DNA of 63,906 nt, counting the filler. It is 6 parts of 6 records of this genome, joined end to end, with 100 filler letters (N's around TTAATTAATTAA, not from the genome) between each part and the next. Parts side by side here need not be neighbours in the genome. Positions count along the whole stretch, not along the records: positions 44,087 to 51,937 come from SRR2962707_2168; positions 52,038 to 58,060 come from SRR2962707_2173; positions 58,161 to 63,906 come from SRR2962707_2202; 3 more parts are not named here. The stretch is one strand, 5' to 3'. Position numbers and translations under genes: made by a program. The notes beneath the pieces are model-generated. The model searched no databases and was not told where the DNA came from. It was given only the letters and a program-made list of their open reading frames with translations. Positions 48,650-58,161 of the stretch are shown in pieces. Every line of letters begins with the position of its first letter. The stretch's first letter is position 1.

Positions 48650-50143
48650 TTAGGGTTCCAACATGGACCGTAGTTCCGTCTTTAGCACCTTGCCGTAGTT
48701 GTTCTTGGGCAGGCTATCGACCCTCACATAGGTTTTCGGTCTTTTGAACCGCGCGATGCGCCCCAGACACAGCGTGTCCAGCTCGGCGTCTCCTGCGGTT
48801 CCCACAATAAACGCCACGACTTCCTCGCCCCAGTCGGAATGCGCGCGCCCCACGACCGATGCTTCGGTCACCCCGTCATGTTCCAACAAGACTTCCTCGA
48901 CCTCGCGGGGATAGACGTTTGATCCGCCGGTGATGATCACATCCTTGCTGCGGTCTTGCAGGGTCACGAACCCCTCGGCATCCATCATCCCCACATCCCC
49001 CGTCATCAGCCAGCCGTCTTTCAGCGTTGCATCTGTCGCGTCCGCATTGTTCCAATATCCCGGCATCACGGTCTGCCCGCGCACCATAATTTCGCCCGGG
49101 GTGCCATCTGCAATGGGCATCCCGTCAGCATCCCCGATCCGTACTTCGACCGCCGATTGCGCGCGTCCGACGGACCCAAGCCTGCCCCGCCAGTTGGGGT
49201 GTTCGCGGTCGCTGACCGTGGCGCGGGGCAGTGCCGTGATCCCCATCGGGCATTCCCCCTGCCCGTAGATCTGCACGAATACCGGCCCGAAATGATCAAC
49301 CGCATCAATGATGTCGGCGTTGTACATTGGCCCACCGGCATACACGATCGTGCGCAGCCCCGTACCACTGCGCCCCAATGCCCGCGCACCATCTGTCAGG
49401 CGTTTCACCATCGTGGGTGCCGCGAACATATGAACCCGCCCGAAATGCGCGGCCAGATCCAAAATTTCAGGCACCTCAAACCCACCCGATGCGGGGCAGA
49501 CATGGCGTGCGCCCGCCTGCACATGCATCAGATTGTACAGTCCCGCGCCGTGGCTCATCGGGGCCGCATAAAGCGCCGCGTCATCGCCTGTGACCTGATC
49601 CACATCCACGCCGTAGCAAAGCGCCATCGACAGGGCCATAGCATGGGTAATGATCACGCCCTTGGGCTTGCCCGTTGTCCCCGAGGTATAGAACAGCCAC
49701 GCCAAGTCATCCCCCGCACGGTCGGCAACCGCCTGCACGGGTTCAGACGCCAGAATCGCGCTGTAGCGATCCGAGGGTGCAACGATCACGTCGGAGCCTT
49801 GGCCCAGACCTTCGGCCAAACCGCCACTGGCAAACACAAAACGCGCACCTGAATCGTTCACGATAAAATCCGCCTCGCGGCTGTGCAGCTTTGCGTTGAT
49901 TGGCACGACAGCGGCCCCCGCATACCAGATCCCGTAAAACACGATCAGATAGTCCGGTGTGTTCTTCATAAAGATCGCAACGCGGTCGCCGGATTTCACC
50001 CCTTGGGCGCGTAACCACCCTGCCACAGCCCGCGCAGCCGCATCAAATTCGGCATAGGTTGCGACCTGCGTTTCCCCCGAAAACAAGGCAGGTCGGTCAC
50101 CGCCCGCCTGCGCGCTGCGCGCCAGCCAATGTGCTAAATTCAT
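48650..50143 (-). CDS. AMP-binding acyl-CoA synthetase
   Basis: YTSGTTGKPKG, YGQGE, TGD, RSKDVII, PKNNYGK. Confidence 0.93.
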   Translation of the reverse strand: MNLAHWLARSAQAGGDRPALFSGETQVATYAEFDAAARAVAGWLRAQGVKSGDRVAIFMKNTPDYLIVFYGIWYAGAAVVPINAKLHSREADFIVNDSGARFVFASGGLAEGLGQGSDVIVAPSDRYSAILASEPVQAVADRAGDDLAWLFYTSGTTGKPKGVIITHAMALSMALCYGVDVDQVTGDDAALYAAPMSHGAGLYNLMHVQAGARHVCPASGGFEVPEILDLAAHFGRVHMFAAPTMVKRLTDGARALGRSGTGLRTIVYAGGPMYNADIIDAVDHFGPVFVQIYGQGECPMGITALPRATVSDREHPNWRGRLGSVGRAQSAVEVRIGDADGMPIADGTPGEIMVRGQTVMPGYWNNADATDATLKDGWLMTGDVGMMDAEGFVTLQDRSKDVIITGGSNVYPREVEEVLLEHDGVTEASVVGRAHSDWGEEVVAFIVGTAGDAELDTLCLGRIARFKRPKTYVRVDSLPKNNYGKVLKTELRSMLEP

Positions 50144-50292
50144 TCCGAATGCCTCTTTGTTTACCGCAGTTTGGCAAGCCGCTGCCCTATAGGCAACTGG
50201 TTGCTTTCCATAACCGCGCCCATGTCCTATAAGACAGCAGCTTTGGGGCTGAGGCACTCGCGCCCCGCGTTATATACTGGCTGAGGAACAAA

Positions 50293-50781
50293 ATGACAAA
50301 AAACACCCATGACGCAGATGTGGCATTTATCCGTGCGCTTGCCGAATTGTTGAATGAAAACGACCTGACCGAGCTTCAGGTCAAGCGTGATTATGCCGAA
50401 GACGACAGCCTGAATGTGCGGGTCAGCCGCAAGCCCCCTCAGCAGATCGTGGCCCCACAACAGATGCACGCGGCACCGATGGCAGCTGCAGCACCTGCAC
50501 CTATGGGTGCCCCTGCAGCGGCTGAAAGCAGCGATCCCGCATCCGATCCCGGCGCAGTTGTGTCGCCCATGGTTGGCACGATCTATATGCAGGCCGAACC
50601 CGGTGCCCCTGCCTTTATCAGCGTTGGCACAACCGTTGCCGAGGGTGACACCTTGTTGATCGTGGAAGCCATGAAAACGATGAACCACATCCCCGCCCCG
50701 CGTGCAGGCACGATCAAGCGTATCTTGGTCGAAGATGGTGCAGCTGTCGAATTCGGCGCACCTTTGGTGATCCTGGAATAA
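50293..50781 (+). CDS. accB: Acetyl-CoA carboxylase biotin carboxyl carrier protein
   Basis: SPMVGT, EAMKTMN biotinylation motif, Ala/Pro linker. Confidence 0.97.
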   Translation: MTKNTHDADVAFIRALAELLNENDLTELQVKRDYAEDDSLNVRVSRKPPQQIVAPQQMHAAPMAAAAPAPMGAPAAAESSDPASDPGAVVSPMVGTIYMQAEPGAPAFISVGTTVAEGDTLLIVEAMKTMNHIPAPRAGTIKRILVEDGAAVEFGAPLVILE

Positions 50782-50792
50782 GGCGTAAACCC

Positions 50793-51937
50793 ATGTTCAA
50801 GAAAATCCTTATCGCCAACCGGGGCGAGATCGCGTTACGCGTGATCCGCGCCGCGCGCGAAATGGGCATCGTATCTGTCGCCGTGCATTCCACCGCTGAC
50901 AGCGATGCAATGCATGTGCGCATGGCGGACGAATCTGTCTGCATCGGCCCGCCTTCATCCCAGCAATCCTATCTGTCGATCCCGTCGATCATCGCTGCTT
51001 GCGAAATCACCGGTGCCGAGGCGATCCACCCCGGCTATGGTTTTCTGTCTGAAAACGCGGGCTTTGTGCAGATCATCGAAGACCACGGCCTGACCTTTAT
51101 CGGCCCCACAGCTGCGCATATCCGCATCATGGGCGACAAGATCACTGCCAAAGACACCATGAAGGAACTGGGCGTGCCTTGCGTGCCCGGATCTGACGGC
51201 GGTGTGCCCACGGTCGAAGACGCCAAGCGTATCGGTGCCGAAATCGGCTATCCTGTTATCATCAAGGCCACGGCTGGCGGTGGTGGCAAGGGCATGAAAG
51301 TCGCGCAGACTGCGGCTGACATGGAACGCGCCTTTATGACGGCCCGTGCCGAGGGCAAATCGAACTTTGGCAATGACGAAGTTTACATCGAGAAATACCT
51401 GACCACGCCACGTCACATCGAAATTCAGGTGTTTGGCGATGGCAAAGGCCGTGCTGTGCATTTGGGTGAACGCGATTGTTCGCTACAACGCCGCCACCAA
51501 AAGGTATTCGAGGAAGCCCCCGGCCCCTCGATCACGGAATCCGAGCGTGCGCGTATTGGTAAGGTCTGTGCCGATGCGATGGCCAACATTAACTATATCG
51601 GTGCTGGCACAATCGAATTCCTGTACGAGAACGGCGAATTCTATTTCATCGAGATGAACACACGTTTGCAGGTCGAACACCCCGTCACCGAAGGTATCTT
51701 TGGCGTCGATCTAGTGCGCGAACAAATTCGCGTGGCGTCTGGCATGGACATGTCGTTCACCCAAGAAAACCTCAAGATCAACGGTCACGCGATCGAAGTC
51801 CGGATTAACGCGGAAAAGCTGCCTAACTTCTCGCCCTGCCCCGGTAAAATCACGCAGTACCATGCCCCCGGTGGCCTTGGTGTGCGGATGGACAGTGCGC
51901 TTTATGACGGCTATTCGATCCCGCCCTATTACGACAG
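50793..51937 (+). CDS. accC: Acetyl-CoA carboxylase biotin carboxylase (3' truncated)
   Basis: [46 protein letters not shown]. Confidence 0.97.
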
Positions 51938-52037
51938 NNNNNNNNNNNNNNNNNNNNNNNNNNNNNNNNNNNNNNNNNNNNTTAATTAATTAANNNNNNN
52001 NNNNNNNNNNNNNNNNNNNNNNNNNNNNNNNNNNNNN
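51938..52037. other. Artificial contig linker
   Basis: N44-TTAATTAATTAA-N44. Confidence 0.99.
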
Positions 52038-52047
52038 CGTCAGGAGC

Positions 52048-52491
52048 ATGACGATGAAAGTCACCAATTCATATCCGATCATCATCACCGAGAAATTCAC
52101 CCAAAGCCGCGCCTTCTATAAAAAACTCGGCTTTACGCCCGTGTTTGATGGCGAATGGTACTGCCAGTTGGTCTGGGCAGACTTCCCATCGGTTCAACTG
52201 GGCCTGATGAAACCCGGCCATGACACCCAACCCGAACTGTTTCATGCGGCAACCCTTGGCGAAGGCAGTGTAATCTGCCTTGAAGTCGAAGACGCTGGTA
52301 TTGCTGCGGATGAAGTGCGCGACGCAGGATTTGAATTCGCCCTTGAAGTCCGCAACGAGCCATGGGGGCAAAAACATTTCGCGCTGCTTGATCCCAATGG
52401 TGTGAGGATTGATATAGCAAGCCAGAACGGCGTGGTTGCCCCGGAATATGCCCAGCATTTTCTTGATGCCACCGAAGTTGCACTGGCCTGA
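52048..52491 (+). CDS. VOC/glyoxalase family protein
   Basis: FYKKLGF, LEVED, EPWGQKHFALLDPNG; start may be 52054. Confidence 0.87.
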   Translation: MTMKVTNSYPIIITEKFTQSRAFYKKLGFTPVFDGEWYCQLVWADFPSVQLGLMKPGHDTQPELFHAATLGEGSVICLEVEDAGIAADEVRDAGFEFALEVRNEPWGQKHFALLDPNGVRIDIASQNGVVAPEYAQHFLDATEVALA

Positions 52492-52590
52492 TTGCACGGC
52501 ACGACAACGAAGAAAATCACCCAATATGTGACCTACTTGGGGGTACGATATACGATACCCGGTATAACAGCCCGCCAATCCGGCGGGCTG

Positions 52591-53226
52591 TTATGTCACA
52601 AGGCCTCGGGCAAAATCGTTGATGGCCGTGGCAGCATCTTTGATGTTTTGCGATTGCGTTCGGCCAGAGCTTTTGCGTGGCTTGAAATCATGATCACCAT
52701 CCGCAACCCAATGCAGGGCAATGGTGTCGGCCAAATCATACGCGGCAATTTCATCGGGCGTGCCAAATGGATCACGTGTGCCATGACAAATCAGGGTCGG
52801 TGTTTTTAAACCGGTCAGATGTTCGGTCCGCAGATTTTCGGGCTTTCCGGGTGGATGAAACGGATAGCCAAGGCACACCAACCCGGCCACACCAAGATCC
52901 TCTGCCACCATACTCGCCATGCGTCCACCCATGGATTTCCCGCCAATCACCAACTGGCCCGGATCACCCAACTGATCAACAACATCGCGAAAGAATTCCA
53001 ATAAAACCGGTGCACGGTCAGGTCCCCGTTTTTTGCCATCCAGACGGCGTTTGGCCATATAGGGAAACTCAAACCGAGCAATGCGACAGCCAAGCCCGGT
53101 CAACTCACCCGCCATCTGATCCATAAACGGACTGTCCATCGTAGCTCCCGCCCCATGGGCCAAAACAATGGTCAGCGGGGCATTTTCATCACCATCAAAA
53201 ATGACCTGAATGTTTTCATGGCTCAT
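52591..53226 (-). CDS. Alpha/beta hydrolase (KANL3/Tex30-like)
   Basis: LAHGAGA, RFEFPY, GGKSMGGR, GYPFHPPG, GTRDPFG, DGDH. Confidence 0.88.
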   Translation of the reverse strand: MSHENIQVIFDGDENAPLTIVLAHGAGATMDSPFMDQMAGELTGLGCRIARFEFPYMAKRRLDGKKRGPDRAPVLLEFFRDVVDQLGDPGQLVIGGKSMGGRMASMVAEDLGVAGLVCLGYPFHPPGKPENLRTEHLTGLKTPTLICHGTRDPFGTPDEIAAYDLADTIALHWVADGDHDFKPRKSSGRTQSQNIKDAATAINDFARGLVT

Positions 53227-54175
53227 GGGAGATATCCTGTAAGACTGGTAATTTCGTTTTGGCTGGAACACGCAATTTCTGACCATCGCCAATGACGTTA
53301 CACAAAGATACCAACGTCGCACCGCTGACCGCCACGCCAAGGCGCGCGAGTATGTAGTGTCGGCTGACTTGCCCAAACACGCCTTTGCCCAGTTCCTTCT
53401 TTTCCCATTTACGAACGCGCGACAGCACCTTTTTCGTAATCAATCTGCGCTTGTCTGCTGTAATTCCCGGATGATCGGCAAGGAAATAGGCAAGCGCAAT
53501 ACTGGCATCATGAATGACCTGCGCCTGATTATTCATGATCCGGCCCGGCTCGTCCTCGGGACCCAAACAGACAACATGCTTGATCTGCCCCAACTTGCCA
53601 TGTTCCATCAGGCGAATGAAAAGGCTATGGTCCTGCGAGAAAATTCGTGGATCACAACCTCCCGCCCGATCAAATAGATCTTTTTTAAACAGGCAATGAC
53701 TGACGCGCGCGAAACCACGATCAAGCACCGTCCAAAGTGGGTCATCAAATAAAATGGTCTTAAGTGACGCAATATCGGTTTTGGGAAATACAGGCCCGGT
53801 TGCCATGTCATAGTAGTCAGCAGACCCGAAGATGAAATCAAGATCATGCACCAGAGCATTACTCAAAAGAAGTTCTGAACAGTGAGGTGCAATAACATCG
53901 TCAGAATCAACAAGCTTGATCCAGTCACCCGTTGCAATTGAAACCGCATTATTTGTCGCAATAGCCGGGCCATGATTTGGCTGTGTGACAATGCGAACAT
54001 CATCCATACCAGACGTCGCCGTGCGAATGACATCGATTGAATTATCCGTTGATCCATCGTCAATGAAAATGAATTCGCGGTCAAACGATCCGGTTTGATT
54101 GCGCAAACTGTCAATCACAGATGGCAAGAACGGGGCCTTGTTAAAGACCGTTACGACATAGGATATCTTGGTCAA
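53216..54175 (-). CDS. Glycosyltransferase family 2
   Basis: VTVFN, IDDGSTD, LVDSDD, SQD. Confidence 0.88.
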   Translation of the reverse strand: MTKISYVVTVFNKAPFLPSVIDSLRNQTGSFDREFIFIDDGSTDNSIDVIRTATSGMDDVRIVTQPNHGPAIATNNAVSIATGDWIKLVDSDDVIAPHCSELLLSNALVHDLDFIFGSADYYDMATGPVFPKTDIASLKTILFDDPLWTVLDRGFARVSHCLFKKDLFDRAGGCDPRIFSQDHSLFIRLMEHGKLGQIKHVVCLGPEDEPGRIMNNQAQVIHDASIALAYFLADHPGITADKRRLITKKVLSRVRKWEKKELGKGVFGQVSRHYILARLGVAVSGATLVSLCNVIGDGQKLRVPAKTKLPVLQDISHEP

Positions 54176-54462
54176 CTTTCCCCCCCGAACTTCGCACGCT
54201 AATCCGCAACATCAATATTGCGAACCGCTTACTTTAGGCCAATCAATGACTAATACGAAACTTCACATGCTCTGTCCAAGCACAATCAAGTCCGCCAAGC
54301 CCCAACTCCGATATGATTGCTAACCCCCTCGATTATTCGACTTTTTTCGGGTTATACTGCGCGCGTACAGCTTATGGCGTTCCCCCACGAACGCCGTAGC
54401 CTATGCCATCCGCGCCACCACGCGGACGACCTGCCTTTTGCCACCATATGAGGCGACTGCCC

Positions 54463-55608
54463 GTGTCATCTGATTCTGATCTGTCCGATCTTGCTCAAAC
54501 GCCCCAACCTGCCCCGAACGAACGCATCGGTCGCCTGCCCAAAAGCCTGCAATGGCTGTTGATGGTAACGGTCTCACTGGGATTCTCGGTTCTTCTACAT
54601 GAATTCCATGTACCTGCGGCCTTGCTGCTTGGCCCGATGATCATTGGCATCATTATGGGAACCAATGGTGCGACCATTGCTACGCCAAAACCAATTTATC
54701 TTGGTGCCCAATCGGTCCTGGGCGTCATGATTGGTGGATCAATGTCCATCGGCATCCTGACATCCTTTACCCATGACTGGCCGCTAATCCTTGGGGTCAC
54801 CGCACTAACCATGCTCGCAAGCAGTCTGCTTGGCTGGATACTCTGTGTGCGTCAGGTTCTTCCGGGAACCGCCGGCATTTGGGGATCATCCCCCGGTGCG
54901 GCTTCCGCAATGGTGATCATGGCTGAGGCATTTGGCGCCGATGCCCGGCTTGTTGCCTTCATGCAATATGTTCGGGTGGTGATTGTGGTTGCAGTTGCGT
55001 CATCGATTGCCAACCTTTGGGTCGACCCGGAACTCGCCGCCGCAGCAGGCACCTATGACTGGTTTCCGGCCATTGATTATGGCCAGTTTGCCATAACCCT
55101 TGCACTGGTTGTTGGCCTGTGTGTGGCTGGCATCTATTCACGGCTGCCATCGGGTCCGCTTTTGCTTCCGATCATTATAACGACCATCCTTCACATCAAC
55201 GGATGGGTCGATATCGTTCTACCCGAGTGGTTTCTTGGGTTGGCCTATGCCGCCATTGGCTGGGCTGTCGGATTGAAATTCACGCCTGCAGTGATCCGAC
55301 ATGCGGCATATGCCCTGCCCAAAATCCTGCTGTCGATCACTGTCCTGATTGCGTTCTGTGCAAGTATTTCAGTCCTGTTGGTGGTGTTTATGGATGTCGA
55401 TCCGCTCACGGCGTATCTGGCAACCAGTCCCGGCGGACTTGATTCGGTGGCGATTATCGCCGCCAGCACCAATGTCGATCTGTCATTTATTCTGGTCCTG
55501 CAAGCCACCCGTTTCTTTATGGTGCTTGCACTTGGCCCACCGCTTGCGCGGTTGATTGCGCGGCGCACCGCCAAATTCACACCCGGCCCGGATGTGCCGC
55601 TGACCTAA
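54463..55608 (+). CDS. AbrB family duplicated membrane protein (putative ammonia monooxygenase family)
   Basis: PAALLLGP, SPGAASAM, MQYVRV, then a repeated SPGG...QATRF half; start uncertain. Confidence 0.87.
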   Translation: MSSDSDLSDLAQTPQPAPNERIGRLPKSLQWLLMVTVSLGFSVLLHEFHVPAALLLGPMIIGIIMGTNGATIATPKPIYLGAQSVLGVMIGGSMSIGILTSFTHDWPLILGVTALTMLASSLLGWILCVRQVLPGTAGIWGSSPGAASAMVIMAEAFGADARLVAFMQYVRVVIVVAVASSIANLWVDPELAAAAGTYDWFPAIDYGQFAITLALVVGLCVAGIYSRLPSGPLLLPIIITTILHINGWVDIVLPEWFLGLAYAAIGWAVGLKFTPAVIRHAAYALPKILLSITVLIAFCASISVLLVVFMDVDPLTAYLATSPGGLDSVAIIAASTNVDLSFILVLQATRFFMVLALGPPLARLIARRTAKFTPGPDVPLT

Positions 55609-55653
55609 ACAAAATCCGGAGTCTGAGCCCAAGAACAAACAGCCGACATGGCG

Positions 55654-57084
55654 TCACATCACAAGGATCTTGCCAACAAACCCTTCGACCCGCGCGCTAA
55701 GCTCGGAACCCTGCCCTTCGAGATTGATCGCAGCCTCACCAAGCTCGGTCGAAACCGTGGTGGCGTGATGTATGGCTTGGTTGATTTCCACCACACTGTC
55801 GCCGACCTTGCGTGCTTCTGCCACGGCAGCATCGGCATCACGTGCAACCGACATGCAGATTTCTGCCTGTCTATCGGTCTGAACAGCTGTTGCTTCGGCG
55901 CGTTGCTGTAACCCGTCCATGGCAATGGCGATATGTTCAATATCGCCCCCGGCTTTGGAAATGGCCTCCGTCATACCATTCATCCAGTGGGCGATTTCCT
56001 CTGTTGCAGTGGCCGATTGCCCGGCTAGCGCCTTGACCTCTTTGGCGACAATGGCAAATCCCTTGCCTGCTTCGCCTACACGGGCCGCCTCGATGGAGGC
56101 ATTTAGTCCAAGCATTTTGATCTGGGCTGCAATGGCCGCAATGCTCGACAGCATTTTTTCTGCATCAGCTGCGCGGTCCTGCAGGGCGGCAAAACCATCA
56201 CGCATATCGCGTGCTTGCTGACCAATGACATGGGTGGTTTTCACCGTTTCCCCGGCGTCGCGTCCAACGTTGGCCAATTCACCCTGCAAGGTTTCCATGT
56301 GATCGGCGACATTTTCGATATTAGACAACGCACTGCTTGCGGATTGATCTATTGCCGTTCCGCAGAATTCGGTTCTTTTGTTACTATTGCCAAGAACATC
56401 AAGCGCACTGCGCATCTGACTGACGGCAGCCCCCAGCATCCCAACTGTGCCCTGCACCTGACTTTCAAAGTCCGATGCCAGTTTTTCGCGCGATTTCAAA
56501 ACATCATCGCGCTCTATCACCCGCGCAACCTGCCCACCGACGAACCCCAAAAGCTCAAGAAGTTCGGCATCAAGTTTGGCTATCTCGGGGCTGAAAAACT
56601 CGATCACGGCAACGGTCTGACCACCCAGTTTCACCGGCAATGCAAAACAGCCGCGCAATCCGTTTCGGGCCGCGCTTGCAGCGCGCAGAAATCCATCCTT
56701 TTGCGTGACATCTTCAATACAAACAGGTTCACCGCGCACCGCAACCGTTCCAATAAGTCCTTGGCCCAGTGCAAATACCGTTTCTACTGACTGCGTGCGA
56801 AATTCAGCAAGATCAGCCGTCGAAATGTTTCCATCAATCGACCAGATATCAGCAGATGACAAATGATCGCCATCGCGCACATAGGCATGCCCGATCGGCC
56901 ATGCGCAGTAATCACATACCGCCGTGAGGATTGCCAAGATCGCACCATCACGGTCGGATGCCTCGTCTGCGACAGCCCCAACTTTGCGCAAAAGTCGCAA
57001 AACATCAGCAAGTCCCGCATCTTTGTGCGGCGAAAGACATTGGTCATTTTCTGGGGATATGGAACGGATGAAACCGGCAAACAT
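55654..57084 (-). CDS. Soluble methyl-accepting chemotaxis protein with N-terminal GAF domain
   Basis: GQGLIG...PVCIEDV...FALPV...VIEFF GAF; IAAQIKMLGLNASIEAARVGEAGKGFAIVAKEVKALA signalling hairpin; no TM segment. Confidence 0.9.
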   Translation of the reverse strand: MFAGFIRSISPENDQCLSPHKDAGLADVLRLLRKVGAVADEASDRDGAILAILTAVCDYCAWPIGHAYVRDGDHLSSADIWSIDGNISTADLAEFRTQSVETVFALGQGLIGTVAVRGEPVCIEDVTQKDGFLRAASAARNGLRGCFALPVKLGGQTVAVIEFFSPEIAKLDAELLELLGFVGGQVARVIERDDVLKSREKLASDFESQVQGTVGMLGAAVSQMRSALDVLGNSNKRTEFCGTAIDQSASSALSNIENVADHMETLQGELANVGRDAGETVKTTHVIGQQARDMRDGFAALQDRAADAEKMLSSIAAIAAQIKMLGLNASIEAARVGEAGKGFAIVAKEVKALAGQSATATEEIAHWMNGMTEAISKAGGDIEHIAIAMDGLQQRAEATAVQTDRQAEICMSVARDADAAVAEARKVGDSVVEINQAIHHATTVSTELGEAAINLEGQGSELSARVEGFVGKILVM

Positions 57085-57327
57085 GACAAAACTCCGAGGC
57101 AAAACAAGCTGGCCTTTCAAACGAAAGAACCAGAAGGTTGCGCAAGCCTCGTTGCCTGCCGATCAAGATGGGAAAGATACGGCGCCGTTGCCGTCATCCA
57201 CTGTTACATTAGCGTAATACTGCATACGCGAAAAGGACAATTCGCGCATGCAGCAAAATTTATTCAATCTTCAATTGCAGCCAAGTATCACCACAGCACA
57301 ACTGTTTGGCTGTCCGGACAATACGGA

Positions 57328-58060
57328 TTACCGCAACACCCCGCGAAACACGCCAGATGCCACCATCACGCCAAAGATCACCAATGCGACGGCCGCCACC
57401 AAGGCAAGGTTGCTTTCTTCACCCAGAAGAAACACGCCGCCAAGGGCGGTGAGTGCCGGGGTCATGGCCCCAAATGCCGATGCACCGGTCGATCCGATGT
57501 GACGTACAGCAAGGCCATAGGTAATAACAGCAACACAGCCGGCCAGAAGCCCCTGTGTAACAAGCAACATCATCACATCGCCCATCGGAGCATCGGGAAT
57601 ATGTGTGCCGGTGAAAAGGGCGATCACCGCAATAATGACAAAGGACCAAAAGCCGACAAAACTTGCCGCTTCAAGTGCGCCAAGACCACTTTGGCGCATG
57701 GCATGGGTATAGGATGCCCACATCAACGCCCCGGCAGACACAAGGCCATAGCCATACAGCATATCAGTACTGGCATCGCCGCCCGGCTTAAGCGCCACAA
57801 GCAACATAACCCCGACAATCACCGCACCATATCCGGCAAGTCGGACACGGCCGGGCCGTTCGCCAAACAGGACAATCGCGATTAAAACCGCCCAGATCGC
57901 CATCACACCGGGCAACAAAATCCCGACATGACTTGCCGGAACGAACTGCAATGCACTGGCAACCATCAGGGTGTAAAATGCACCAGACCCGATCAACATC
58001 ATAAGCCCATTGATCAAGGACAATCCCTTTGGCCAGATGCCTTTTTTGATCCAGATGGGG
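57328..58060 (-). CDS. DMT/EamA family transporter (5' truncated)
   Basis: Multiple TM helices, LFGERP and LLGEE repeats. Confidence 0.87.
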
Positions 58061-58160
58061 NNNNNNNNNNNNNNNNNNNNNNNNNNNNNNNNNNNNNNNN
58101 NNNNTTAATTAATTAANNNNNNNNNNNNNNNNNNNNNNNNNNNNNNNNNNNNNNNNNNNN
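58061..58160. other. Artificial contig linker
   Basis: N44-TTAATTAATTAA-N44. Confidence 0.99.
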
Positions 58161-58161
58161 C

